A stretch of 61,342 bases of DNA, filler included, from Stramenopiles sp. TOSAG23-6 (GCA_900128565.1; 12 parts of 12 records of this genome joined end to end with filler, not necessarily neighbours in it); one strand, 5' to 3'. Shown: positions 22,613-35,955, counted from the whole stretch's first letter. Notes: generated by a model from the sequence alone, not told the origin. Numbers and translations are program-made.

Positions 22613-23916
22613 TTAGGACTCACAACTACCATGACCAGTAGAACAACCAGTACAACATGAATCATTACTAGAATTTGAGTTTTGTAAATGTCGTATGCGT
22701 CGATCATAAAAATCTTTTAAATATCGATCTTTAATTACGTAATTGAATAAGGCATTAAACTCTTTTTCATCTGAAGAAGTAGCTGAAAAACTTTGTGGAG
22801 CTCGAAGTGTAGCAGAATTAGAAATAAATGCAATTGTAAAACGTATCCAATTTGCTACTTTTTTATACTCACTTGTACCACTATGTTGACGAAATTCTAT
22901 TGTTGATTGTCTACGTTGTACTAAAGGCTGAAAATTTAATTTATAATAACGTTTTCGATTACCGTTTGTATCACCTGGGTTCATGGCCAAGGCTAATTCA
23001 TCAAGATTTTGACAATTTTGTAATGTATTAATGCCTGCTTGTTACTCAATAAGAACAATTTTCGATTTCTTCGATTAGATCGAATATAAGTATTTGTATT
23101 ATTCCTTCGACTAGGGGGCATCATGGAATCCATCACTCGTTCATATTTTATAAAGTTTTTACTTATCTTACAAAGTTGAAATACATTTAAATCACTGACA
23201 TCAATATGAACATGCATTCCAGCAGATTTATTGACTGTAATTGACGCTACATTTGTAATTGCAGTCAAGACATTATTAAGTCGATTCAAACCTCGACCAC
23301 CGCGTAATATAGGAGAAACTAATTCAAATGTATTACAATTAGGCATATTTTGATTGCATTGAATACTGCTATCTTTGACAACTTTCCAATCTAAACTTGT
23401 TGCACTTCCATACGAAGCACGATGACAACGTTCACTACCAGCTCTAAGTGAAATTTGTCTGGCAATAAGATCAAGAGAAATATCACCTGATACAGTCAAC
23501 TCAAGTTCAACACCAAAGGTTCTCTCTGTCGTAAGTTTTAATGGGGGGGGGATGACAGAGGAACTATTGACTAGAAGACGTTTACGTTGTTGTGAGCTCC
23601 CTCCTTCCACAAAGGCAAGTTCATGACTAATTTTAATTTTACGACCATCAGATAGATATATGTATACTAAAGCAGTAAAAGCACCATATGATTGTTGCCT
23701 TGTCGTAAACGGGGGCAATGTACGGACATATCTACGAGGATCGAAGGATTTATGAAGTTCAAATACAACTTTGTGTATTAAATTGACGTTTCCTTCCGTG
23801 ACTTCACAAAATAGTGTCCAGTCATGAACTTTGAGATGTTGTCCACAATTAGAGCGAGATGCCTTTCTCTTTGGAATGCGATTATATGTATTACCCACTT
23901 TTACTGTGACACTCAT
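22613..23916 (-). CDS. YEATS domain fused to a putative amidoligase (COOH-NH2 ligase, Amidoligase_2-like); one frameshift near 23025
   Basis: N-terminus VKVGN..HDWTLF..IHKVVFELHKSF..PPF....YGAF (YEATS). C-terminus TFGVELE, WKVVKDSSI, FELVSPIL, GMHVHI, RYYKLN, TIEFRQHSGT. Restoring 1 nt joins the two ORFs (KQALNTLQNCQNLDELA). Confidence 0.8.
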
Positions 23917-24194
23917 TATTATTTAGTTTTTCCACTTTAAAGAACACCAAGTATACACATTTTATATACTATCGAACAGTGCGCAGCGCAGACACGACAC
24001 AGATAAACGCTGCGAGCGCGCTGCGAGCCTGCGACTGACTGTCAGTGACTGACTTGAAACATGTGTCAAAAAAAGTAGCAAATTCAAAATAAAAAAAACC
24101 AAGCAAGTCCTGTAATATACATGGTCAATAAGCTATTGTTTCAATCTCACTAACTACATTTAGTACGTATATTTCTTGATCAGAACTCTGATTG

Positions 24195-25354
24195 ATGAAT
24201 CCAGATGAACTCGAGCGTACACTACTTGATAATATACCAGTCATATATGACACGTACAATGGAATCTCCGTCAAGAGCAACTCTTGGATAGAGAGTTTTC
24301 ATGGAAATACAAAACTTTTTAAAAGAGTCTTACAAAAAATCCTTACACACATGGCGTTCAAAAGGTTATTTTGGCGTTTGGCTTCATCTCCCTATATCTT
24401 CAGCAATATTTATTCCCATAGCTGTTGAAGTTGGATTTTGGTTTCATCATGCGAGACCAAAATATGTAGTATTATGTGTATGGTTGCCTCATGCAACGAA
24501 ATCTCGTTTGCCTCTGGCTCCTTGTAACTACGTTAGTGTCGGAGGTTGTGTCATTAATAGTAAAAATCAAATTCTATGTGTTCAAGAAAAGACTGGTCCT
24601 ACAGCTCATATGCAATTATGGAAATTTCCTGGTGGACTATGTGAAACAGGAGAAAATATTGCCCACGCAGTACGGTTTCATTTTGAATTTTTTACCTAAA
24701 TTTATTTTTTTTGATTTCGTACGAAATTTCGTACCTAACAAATTTTCGAATTTAATTTTTTGTACAATACATGCGACTCGTGAAATATTTGAAGAAACTG
24801 GAATAAAAACAAGTTTTCATTGTCTTGTTTCAGTGATTCAATTTCACAATGGCAAAGGGTTAGGATTAGCTAGGGAATCATTTTCCGATATTCATTGTAT
24901 ATGTGCTTTATATGTATGTTTTATTTTTTATTTTTTTTCAATTTTGAATTTATTTTTTTTTTCATACGAAATTTCGTACCTAACAATTTTTTTTTCAAAT
25001 TTTAGTTTTTTTTTGAAATATTTTTCCACAATACATATAACGGATGAAACACAAAAAATAAATGTCCAAGAAGATGAAATTTCAAAATGTAACTGGATAT
25101 CATTTGAAAAACTTATAGATCATTCTTTATATCGTGAATATGATGAACTTCGTCATGCCTACCGCACTGCTTTTAGTATAACAAAACAATATAAAGATTC
25201 AACTCACCTAAGAAATAACCCTAACCCTACTAATCACCTAAGAAATAACCCTAACCCTAGTCAAAATATATATAACAGGCTATTAACTTCTGTTGACATC
25301 AGTAGTGAGCCACTCAATGTTGTTAAAGGAGTGAATCCAAAAAGTAAATTATAA
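24195..25354 (+). CDS. NUDT6-like Nudix hydrolase; introns 24670-24772 and 24914-25036; apparent homopolymer frameshift ~24335
   Basis: GVWLHLP, GFWFHHA, and a complete Nudix box GGLCETGENIAHA|ATREIFEETGI only after GT-AT splicing. Confidence 0.9.
24670..24772 (+). other. GT-AT intron splitting the Nudix box
   Basis: gca|gtacgg...tttcgtacgaaatttcgtacctaac...caatacat|gcg restores GX5EX7REUXEEXGU spacing exactly. Confidence 0.9.
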
Positions 25355-25527
25355 CCCTATTTTAGTATAATATTATATAAATATAACTTTGGTCTCAATT
25401 ATATATAGTAAATTAATTTTATGTACAAACGGACACCCTAACCCTAATCGGTTGTTTTCAATTTAAAATTTTCAAATCTTCAAATTTTCAAATTGAGAAA
25501 TGTATAAGAAGTTCCAACTTTACAAAT

Positions 25528-25620
25528 TTAAAAGCAGCCCTCAAGCCTGGTTTTTGCAATACTACTACCTAAATTAGCAGATTTAGTCCACCACTTTTTA
25601 GCTTCATTNTTGTCTTTAGC
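25528..25620 (-). CDS. Sel1-like repeat protein C-terminal fragment
   Basis: AKDXNEAKKWWTKSANLGSSIAKTRL*. Confidence 0.55.
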   Translation of the reverse strand, partial: AKDXNEAKKWWTKSANLGSSIAKTRLEGCF

Positions 25621-25864
25621 NNNNNNNNNNNNNNNNNNNNNNNNNNNNNNNNNNNNNNNNNNNNTTAATTAATTAANNNNNNNNNNNNNNNNNNNNNNNN
25701 NNNNNNNNNNNNNNNNNNNNGTACAAAAAAAAAAAAAAAAAATTGTTAGGTACAAAATTAACTACGAAAAAGAAAAAAAAATTTTGATAATTTTTTTTTT
25801 TTTGAAATATTTTTTAAATATTTTTCTAAAATAAAAAAAAAACATTAAAAAAAAAAAAACGTAC

Positions 25865-28193
25865 TTAATTCTTCGACATTTTCTGAATTACAAAAACAAT
25901 ACATTAAAGCTGTTTTGCCATTTGGATCCGTGTCATTGATATTGGCACCTTTTTCAAATAAAACTTTACATATTTCAAATCGAAACGTCAAAGAAGCAAC
26001 AATTAAAGCAGTTTTTCCTTGTATCCATGAAGTTGGAAAATTCACAATTGGTGCATGACATTTTAATACAGAATGTATTGTATCAATATTATCTTCAATA
26101 ATGGCCCAAATTAAATGTTTATGAAGTATAGCACAAGACATTTGACCGATAGATCCACAGCTTTTAGCTATATACTTCCATTGCTCAAAGACAATTTCCG
26201 AAGAAGACATATCCGTAATATCATCTATAGCATATCCAGACACTGACATGCATGTACGATAAAAAATATAAAAAATATAAATTTTGTTAGGTACAAAATT
26301 TACTATAAAAAAAAATATTTTTTTTTTTACCGAAAAAAAAAAAAATGTAAAAAATATAAATTTTGTTAGGTACAAAATGTACTATAAAAAAAATATTTTT
26401 TTTTTTACCGAAAAAAAAAAAATTTTTCAAAAATATAAAACATGCATACTGTATTACCTATTGAAACTGTTGAAATCTTTTGTTTTTGGAATGCATCAAT
26501 GTATTGTGAAAAAATATTTTAATTTTTTTTGTTTTTTTTTAGGTTTAGGTACAAAATTTCATACGAAAACCAAAACCAAAAAAAAACATTAAAAAAAAAA
26601 AACATACGAGTGGACACGAACGGGGTATACAGCTGCCGTTTTTGTTGCTTTTTCAATTTGTTGTACTCTCCAATCTTCTATATATTCAAAATGAGTAGTA
26701 GTACTATTATTATTCTGTTTGATTGGTTGGATTGGTGTTGTTGTTGGTGTGGGATCACCATGAGAGAGCTGAACATTTTGTCCAGATCCCCATGTGTACA
26801 ATCTCCCACTTGATGTTATACAGCAACCATTTGTAGTACCGGGTATCAACATGACGATTTCATCTTCTTTAAAGAATTCCTGATTGATTTTTTTTGGTAT
26901 CCATTGGTCCAATGTATTTCCATGCCCAAGTTGACCATATTGACCTTCTCCCCACGTAAACACTGAACCAGAATCTGCCATGAGAGCACTACTATGATGT
27001 CCAGAAAAAGATAAAATAATTGGATTTTCACCTTCAAATGTAAAAGAACCTAAAACAACTGGATGTATTTTGGAAAAATATTTCAAAAAAAAAAAACTTA
27101 AATTTGTTANNNNNNNNNNNNNNNNNNNNNNNNNNNNNNNNNNNNNNNNNNNNNNNNNNNNNNNNNNNNNNNNNNNNNNNNNNNNNNNNNNNNNNNNNNN
27201 NNNNNNNNNNNNNNNNNNNNNNNNNNNNNNNNNNNNNNNNNNNNNNNNNNNNNNNNAAAAAAAACCCAATTTTTAAAAAAAAAAAAAATCGTTAGGTACG
27301 AAATTTCGTATGAAACCAAAAAAAAAAAGAAATTAATAAATTCATGATGAAGACGTACATGACCAGTTTCAAAGATTACACCAACGTGACTAGCACCTGA
27401 TGTGATTTGAACAGCTCTACTTGTAGATAGTAATTTGTGACATGAAATATTCGTCATTTTTTCGGTATTTTCGGTATTTTCGGTATTTTCATTTTCAGAA
27501 GAATGATTTGAATGTTTTATACTCTTTATATGTTGAATCAATTTTTGAGGTGTGGTAAAAATAAAATTCTCATCATTTTGAATCGCCGAACTTTGTTCAA
27601 TACTTGACTGTTGTGACTGTTGTGTAGGTAACCCTAACCCTAACTGTCCATTTTCATTAGACCCCCAAATTTTGTCAAAAAATATTTTAAAAAAAAATCG
27701 TTAGGTACAAAAAATTTTTACCAAAAAAAAAAAAAAAAAAAACAATTTTTTNNNNNNNNNNNNNNNNNNNNNNNNNNNNNNNNNNNNNNNNNNNNNNNNN
27801 NNNNNNNNNNNNNNNNNNNNNNNNNNNNNNNNNNNNNTAATTTTTTTATTTGGAAACGTACAAGAATATAATTCACCATTTTCAGTAATTACAACCGAAT
27901 GTTTGTTACCAAGTGCAGTGGCATAAATACATGTAATTTGTAGAAAATATTTCAAAAAAAAAAATTTAATTTTTGTTAGGTACAAAATTTCGTATAAAAA
28001 AAAATTCAATTCAAAATTGGTAAAATACTTTGCCCTTCGAAGTTTATTCTTGCAAGGTATGATGGCTTTGATCGATCTATCAAGTCATTCAAACCTAATT
28101 GACCAAAATTATTTTTTCCCCATATCCATTTTTTGTGAATTAATATTTTTGTATAGTATTATTTGGATGAGAAAAATTTCAAAATATTTCAAA

Positions 28194-28228
<35 letters not shown>

Positions 28229-29421
28229 GTAAAAAATTATCTACGAAAAAAAAAAAAAAAAAAAAAAAAAATCTTTTAAAATATAAATGACATACAAACA
28301 CTTCCTTTAGTATCTATTGCAATTGCGTGCTGATACCCTAACGAAATACTTGTGATTTTTTCATTACTAAAAAATCTTTGTGGAACATTTCTTAATTGTG
28401 TTTTTTTTTCATATTGTTCAGAATCTCTGGATTTCGTGTTTTTTTCAATATTTGTTTCAATATTTGTTTCAATATTTTCTTTTGTATTTTTTGTATTTTT
28501 TGTATTTTTTGTATTTTTTGTATTATTTATAACAACAATACCGTCACCAAAAAGATCAAGACTACCATCATTATATAAGACAGCACCAAATGATTGGTTT
28601 ACTTCTGAATAAATTATCTCTTTTATATTTGTATTTTTTTTTTTTTTTTGGAAATTTTTTTGAATTTTTTAATGTATTTTCCGTATTTTCTGAATTTTGA
28701 ATTTGAACTTGATGTGGCATTGCATATACAAAATTACTACTTAAAGTCCTTAAAGTTTCATCTTTGTTCTTTAGGTTCTTTAGGTTCTTTATCTCTTTTG
28801 TATCTTCACAATAAAGCATTATAAGATTGCCCCACGCATACAAATTGATATCTTCGACATTAGGGTTAGGGTTAGAATCTGTTGTTGATTTTGTTGATTT
28901 TGATTCCATTGTAGAAGATTTATTCATATCAAACTTTTCTTTTAAAAATTTCCATTGTTTTGGTTTTGGTGGAATTTTTGGAGCTGTCCAAGATATACTA
29001 GGGTTAGGGTTCATGTTGGTGTCAACATCTGATAATATTTCATCTTTCGTTTGACTATTTTTTTTTTTTGGCTCTTTTGGCTCTTTTGCAAACGTAATTT
29101 ACGTACTTTATTTCGGTCCCTATTTCCACGTTGTACTGATTGTATTCTACATGCAGCTTTGCCAAATGGTGGTGGTAGAGGTGGTGTATACCCCGCAAGA
29201 GAACCAGGGACAAGTTTCTGATTCTTTTTTACCTTTAGTAAAGATTGACGAACGTAACCACCTCTGTATACAGATTGTACTTTCGTTGCAGCAACATCAG
29301 GTGATAAAGCCAATAGAGACATCTCATTATCCTCATTATCCTCATTATCCTCATTATGAGGCGACTCATCTGTTGGTTTTGTTGGTTTTGTTGTAATCTG
29401 TTTCATTTCAATATTATCCAT
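25865..29421 (-). CDS. IQ-motif, RCC1-repeat and ankyrin-repeat protein, multi-exon, 3'-partial
   Basis: VQSVYRG/IQSVQRG IQ motifs; spliced RCC1 motifs GSV|WIWGKNNFGQLG and ELYS|WGSNENGQLGLG; GKTALIVAS ankyrin. Introns 28128-28295, 27931-28028, 27667-27861, 26499-26607, 26252-26445; homopolymer frameshifts. Confidence 0.75.
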
Positions 29422-29797
29422 TTGCTTCTTATTGGTCAAATCTTTCGAAAGTTCTATATATAGTACTGCGATAAAAGTTTCACAACTATAAAAAAGATGA
29501 CGTTACTCTCCCTTGGTCTGCGTAGATTTCACATATATACTGTGTGATTTAGATTTCGTGGTGCAAAGTATATCCGATATTTCGTGTTTGAAACTGTCAT
29601 TGAGATTCTTTTTTTTCAGTCAGACAATAAATAGTAGTTTGCATTTTGTAATAGTTTTCACACATTCTTCAAGTGAAGAGTTAGTGAATACGACCAAGCG
29701 AATGATTTATGTCATATTATTGTGAAAGCGTCTATTTGTTTTTTACGTATATTCATTATACTTATAAATACTATAATTGTGGAAGAATCAAAAAGAA

Positions 29798-30412
29798 ATG
29801 TTAGAAGCAAAACCAAGGGTAAAACGTCAACCCCAATGGAAAAAACAACACAATTTTATACCTGAAAAATTCATAGATTTACTCGACAAAAGACAATCAT
29901 TCGCTAGACATAGACCTATATATCGTCAATTACACAACCATCAGAGGTACACAAGAGAACCGGTCTCTTCAAATGATACAAAATATGAAATAAACAATTC
30001 AAAATATCATAGTAATTATCGAAAGAATTCAATGAACAATATAAATCCAATAAATCCAATAAATCCAAAGAACAACTGTACTAGTCAAAATGTATCAACA
30101 ATGTACCAACATCAAAAACCTCGAGCAATGTTTTGGGTTGAAAAAGATATGAATAAACAATTTCGCGAAGCATGCTCAAGAAGAATTCTGCTATCAAAAT
30201 TTTCCAACGCAAATTTATCACCAAAAGCTTTCAATTGTCCTTATCAAATACTATCCATTCATCCTCCACCAACAAATACATTTGTCACTAAACAATGGCA
30301 AAGAGAAGAAAAGAAAAATGTATATCAGCGGAAACTTAATCAAGAGATTGCATCCATACGACATAACTTTCTTCGGTGGGAAAATGTACGTCACTTTGAT
30401 GCAACATTTTAA
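29798..30412 (+). CDS. Hypothetical protein
   Basis: ~204-aa ORF, no recognised family. Confidence 0.45.
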   Translation: MLEAKPRVKRQPQWKKQHNFIPEKFIDLLDKRQSFARHRPIYRQLHNHQRYTREPVSSNDTKYEINNSKYHSNYRKNSMNNINPINPINPKNNCTSQNVSTMYQHQKPRAMFWVEKDMNKQFREACSRRILLSKFSNANLSPKAFNCPYQILSIHPPPTNTFVTKQWQREEKKNVYQRKLNQEIASIRHNFLRWENVRHFDATF

Positions 30413-30710
30413 AAAAAAAAAAAAAAAAATGATGTATCGATGATTCTAATTCGAAATTTCAAAAAAAAAAAATTTTCATCGATTTTTTTGTAGTACAGTA
30501 CAAAACCTAACAAACAAATAAACAAACAATTGAAATATTTCTATACACTTTATGAGCGAATGAATGGAACAAGACCTCAAACCATGGAAGGGTCATTTCA
30601 GAAAAAATGTGTCGAGAATGCATTGAGTAAAATATGGTGTCAAGAATTGATTGGGCGTACAAAAATGTATTTTTTATTTTTATGTTTTTATACGAAATTT
30701 TGTACTTAAA

Positions 30711-30746
<36 letters not shown>

Positions 30747-30921
30747 NNNNNNNNNNNNNNNNNNNNNNNNNNNNNNNNNNNNNNNNNNNNTTAATTAATT
30801 AANNNNNNNNNNNNNNNNNNNNNNNNNNNNNNNNNNNNNNNNNNNNTTGTACTTAAACAATCGGGCACAACTAATTCTTCTTTTTCATCTGAATCAAGCG
30901 ACGTGCTACAACTATCACTTT

Positions 30922-32048
30922 TTACATTTGACTTTTTGCAAGAATTGCTTGTAATTCTAATAAAGAACAATCCGTGGAATCAACACAATCTTCAACGGCT
31001 GGTTTTTCTATAGTTTTTTGGTACTGAAATTTCAAACCACTTTGTACTATTTCATTAGGGTTAGGGTTAGGGCTTTGTTCTCCTACGTTTATAGTAGTAG
31101 ACGTTGTTGTTATTGTAGGGTTAGTATTCGCATCAGTCGCACATTCAATACCCCAAACATTATCTTCATGTATAGATTTTTCATCATTACATTTTCTATT
31201 TTTTTTCCATTCTTTTTTTTTCCAACTACAATATTTTTTCTGTAAATCACAACAGTGAACATTTTCACAATCTTTATTCGGTTTCATGCAATCACCAGGG
31301 AAAAAATTACTCATTGCATTATATCCTAAATAATATGAAACTTGACCAAAATCTAATAAATATTTCAAAACATTCTGAACAAGTAAACCAGATATAATAC
31401 CCATTGTTGTTGGAAGTGAAGCCGCACAAACTCCATCTCTTTTTAATGATGACTCATCGATGTCAGAAGCTACAATTAAGGGAGGTATACATTCAAAGCA
31501 GGCTGATCGACCAGGTAACATTAGTTGTATATGTCCATTAACCTATATTGTTGAACATATTTAAAAAAAAAACAAGTGAAAAAAAATGTTAAGTACAAAT
31601 TTTGATACGAAAAAAAAAAAGTTAAAAAAAAAATCATGATGAAAAAATACAGCATCTTCACTAACTCCTGATTCCATCCATGGTTGATTCAATTCATTAC
31701 ACGCCTGATTTATGGCAATACGAGCACCGTAGTTATCAACACAAGAAAGTACAAGATCAACAGCTACTTCCTGAGTTATGTCACTCGATACATCCGAATT
31801 TGTTCTTTTCATCTTCTTAGAAAGCCCACCTGTTTTTATTCTATCCATAAAATGTTCAAAATTACGCGGAGATGTGATATCATAACAATATTCTTCGAAT
31901 TGAACATCAGGATTAATTTTTAGTAAAGTCTTTACCGCGGCTTCAGTTTTGGTCATACCAGTTTGATCTGGTGTGAAAAATAGTCTATTCATATTTGCTA
32001 ATTCAACTTTATCATAGTCAAAAAGGATAAGTTTTCCGATACCACAAC
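30922..32048 (-). CDS. UBA5: UFM1-activating enzyme UBA5, N-terminus missing
   Basis: [73 protein letters not shown]-like motif; intron 31543-31650 is GT-AG. Confidence 0.92.
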
Positions 32049-32248
32049 GTGTATTGTAAAAAAAATTAATTCGAAATTTGTTAGGTACAAAATTTCGTAC
32101 GAAAAAAAAAATAAATTTGAAATTCATAATGAAAATGTACAGTAATCATGTGTTTAGAATAAATATGTCAAATTCGAAATTGTTAGAAATTGTTTAGATA
32201 CAAAATATTTCTAGTAAAATAAATCTGAAATTCCTGATTAAAACAAAC

Positions 32249-34126
32249 ATATTGATACGATCACCTGAGTATCGTCTGGATTTTGAATGTATAGTATCTC
32301 TATTTATCCCTGAAGTAGTAGAAATACTTTGCTTGTGTTTTACGTCACTGTGACTAGGGTTAGGGTTAGGACTAATTTTTCCAAACCTATCCTGTGAATT
32401 TTGAAAACCTGTTTGTTCTTGATAAATAACATGTTCTGTTATCAATACACGAAATGTCAGGGCAGCTTCATTTGTAAAGTTTTTAATACTCTGTATTGCT
32501 TTAACGTCATTTTGCTGCATTGCTTCCTTTAATTTCTCATTCATTTCGAATTGATTGGGTCGTAATATATTAGGACCAAGAACAATAGATAGAGATGTAT
32601 TGTGAAAAAATATTTTAGAAAAAAATCGTTAGGTACAAAATTTCGTACGAAAAAAAAATAAATTTGAAATTTATCATAGAAACGAACATTCTTCATTCAT
32701 TTGATTTTCAGGTATTGATATAATTTCTCTACATAAAAGTAATAAATCATTTAATAATAAAAGACTTGGCTCATCCACATTTTCAGTCAATATTTTTTTT
32801 AATTCTACTGATACATTTATACTCATCTTTGAAGTGTCCATATATTTTGAAAAATTAACACTTTCATTTTCATGAGTTGAAAAATTAACACTTTCATTTT
32901 CATGAATGTTTTGCTTATATTTTCGCTTATATTTTGTCATTTTCAAAATTCTCCTAAAAACACTTGCTGGGATTAAAGGGGCATGTTGACGTAAGACACG
33001 TTTGATCGCACATGTATTTTGGGAAAATATTTCAAAAATTTTATTTTTTTCGTTAGGTACAAAATTTTGTACTAAAAAACATTTTTTTTTTAAATAATGA
33101 CAACGTACAAGCGACAGCAAAATGTTGGGGTGTTGGTGATATAGAGTTGATATTTTCTGCTCTCAATGCGATTGCATCCGACAAAAGCGTAATTTCCTTC
33201 AAAGTAGCAGGAACACGAAATATTCCTCTTATATGAAGAGAATTTTGTCTCAAAAACCAAATGGCAGCATGTAAAGCTTTAATTGTAAATAAACCTAATT
33301 GAGGTTCAATCTTCATTTCGATTTCTTCCTTTGTATTTGTGTTTCTAAGTTTTTTATTATCTACGATTTTATCTTTTTCTTTCTTTGCATTTTTGATATC
33401 AATCATATCAGAATTTCTTGATGAATTGACAGTACTCTCCGCTGAACTAATGTTAGGGTTTAATGTATTAGAAGTATTCAAACTTTGGAAGCTAATTTGG
33501 TTTTGGATTTTTTGTAAAATTGTTTTTCTTTGTGGCGTTGCAGGGTAAGGATGAGTAATAGAAGTTTTAGATATAGTGAGGGCGTCAACTAAATTGTTAC
33601 GAGAGGTTGTTTCTTTCATTGTTGAAGTAAATAAATTAACCGTGGAATTATTTCTTTGCTTGCTAGGAGATATTTTCATATCACTTTCTTTAGACTTTAG
33701 TTTACTACTACTATCTGGACTTTCAAAGGATAACAATCTATTTGTACTACTTATATCCATATTTCCCGTTTTTTTTGGTATCTTCTCAAAAATACTGTGC
33801 CTTGACTTAAGAACAGTTTCATTTGGGAATTTTTCCTCTGTGGCCGTATTATTCTGCACGTAGGGTGGTGACTGTAGTGTAGGTCGTCTAATGCGCGATG
33901 AGTTTTTTTCACCAGGTGTCATAGTTTTCCTTATTTCATTTAACTTCTCCAGTCCAGCACCAGCTTTCCGTGCAGAATCAAGCACAACACGTCGTTCAAA
34001 CAGATTCTTTGAATTATTGAATGAATCTTTCCTCATAACATTCTTCTCCAGGGGTTGCCCACTCAAAATTCCTTTCTTCTTAGAAAAATTGAATGGTGAT
34101 GGCCGATGAATTAGAACGGACGACAA
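32249..34126 (-). CDS. RhoGAP-domain protein, multi-exon, no stop seen
   Basis: GIFRVPA, HFAVA|CAIKRVLRQHAPLIP, NQMNEE|SLSIVLGPNILRP after removing GT-AT introns 33012-33108 and 32595-32687. Confidence 0.85.
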
Positions 34127-34329
34127 AAAATTTCCTAACCGACGGAAAGATTTTTTTGAACTTTTTTTTTTTTCAGTGCCCAGTCATATATTATACAGCG
34201 TCAGTTACTTTTTGTATTGTGTCACTCCACAAGTTATCAAACAAACTACGCCGAGTTGGTATATGGGATAATATGAAAGTAATCAAATGCTTAGTATAAT
34301 TTATTTGATATATCGAGATTAGGACTAAA

Positions 34330-35854
34330 ATGCAGCGGGAAAATAAATTGAAGGGCATCGCTGCTTTTAGTGTTGAGCACAAGTCTTTTCAAGGTGGCCT
34401 CCAACGATTTAAACATTTATCTAAATCTGCGTTAACAAATGCACAATTTTCGCCACCTATTATAGTTTCCCTAAAACCAGGTCCAATGGGTGCAATGATG
34501 GGTCCTGCCATAGGTAAAAGGGGTACAATTGTTACGTCTGTAGATCCAGTTGGACAACTACAAAATGCATTACAAAACAACAATGTGGAAGGTATGCATC
34601 TAATTAGAGTAAATAATGAAGACGTTGCTAGGTTAAAATATCGTCAAACTGTGTGGCTTTTAAGTTCCCTTACGAATAAGGCAAAAGAGCTGCATTTTGC
34701 TAGAAAACGTGATGATTTGGCTAATATAGATCATTCTATAAAAAATGAGAAAAATGCCAGCAGAAAAAAAATACACATGAAGTCAAAAGGTGGCCTCCAA
34801 CGATTTAAACATTTATCTAAATCTGCGTTAACAAATGCACAATTTTCGCCACCTATTATAGTTTCCCTAAAACCAGGTCCAATGGGTGCAATGATGGGTC
34901 CTGCCATAGGTAAAAGGGGTACAATTGTTACGTCTGTAGATCCAGTTGGACAACTACAAAATGCATTACAAAACAACAATGTGGAAGGTATGCATCTAAT
35001 TAGAGTAAATAATGAAGACGTTGCTAGGTTAAAATATCGTCAAACTGTGTGGCTTTTAAGTTCCCTTACGAATAAGGCAAAAGAGCTGCATTTTGCAAGA
35101 AAATTGTCGTATTTGAAAGGAAATCAAAACCAAATATCAAAAAACAATAACGAAAATAATATAATTGAAATATACAAAGCGAAGGAGAATCAATCGTATT
35201 TACTTTCCAGTAGTAGTACATCAGTGATTCCAAACATGACATCTTATACTGAAAATCCCAATTTTAATGAGAGTAAACTTTATAGAAATAAAAAACATAA
35301 ATTACACCAAAACAATGCAGCAATGGTAATTCAATCATATCAGCGTGGCAAACAAGCTAGAAAACATAACAAACATCAAAAGAATGCAGCAATGGTAATA
35401 CAATCACACCAGCGTGGCAGACAAATTAGAAACAAAAATGCATTTAGTGAACCAATCGTATTATCCTCTAAATCGTTTATATCAGATATATCCGAAATAG
35501 ATGATGTCAACAACAATGACAGTATATATGCAGCCACGTTAATACAATCACATCAGCGTGGCAGGCAAATCAGAGAACATAAATTACGCCAAGACAATGC
35601 AGCTATGGTAATACAATCACATGAGCGTGGCAAACAAGCTAGAAAACATAAAAAACATCAAAAGAATGCAGCCATAGTAATACAATCACATCAGCGTGGC
35701 AAACAAGCTAGAAAACATAATAAACATCAAAACAATGCAGCAATGGTAATACAATCACACCAGCGTGGCAGAAAAATTAGAAACAAAAATGCATTTAGTA
35801 AACCAATCGTATTATCCTCTAAATCGTTTATATCAGATATATCCGAAATAGATG
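34330..35854 (+). CDS. Protein with two identical PDZ-like units and multiple IQ motifs, 3'-partial
   Basis: LKPGPMG...VTSVDPVGQ...LIRVNNEDV duplicated; repeated AAMVIQSHQRGKQAR. Confidence 0.7.
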
Positions 35855-35955
35855 ANNNNNNNNNNNNNNNNNNNNNNNNNNNNNNNNNNNNNNNNNNNNT
35901 TAATTAATTAANNNNNNNNNNNNNNNNNNNNNNNNNNNNNNNNNNNNNNNNNNNN

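Noticed and set aside
24330-24340. Programmed frameshifting in Nudix (also ~17470, ~28640, ~29060)
   Set aside because: All lie in homopolymer runs of a low-quality assembly; sequencing error is more parsimonious.
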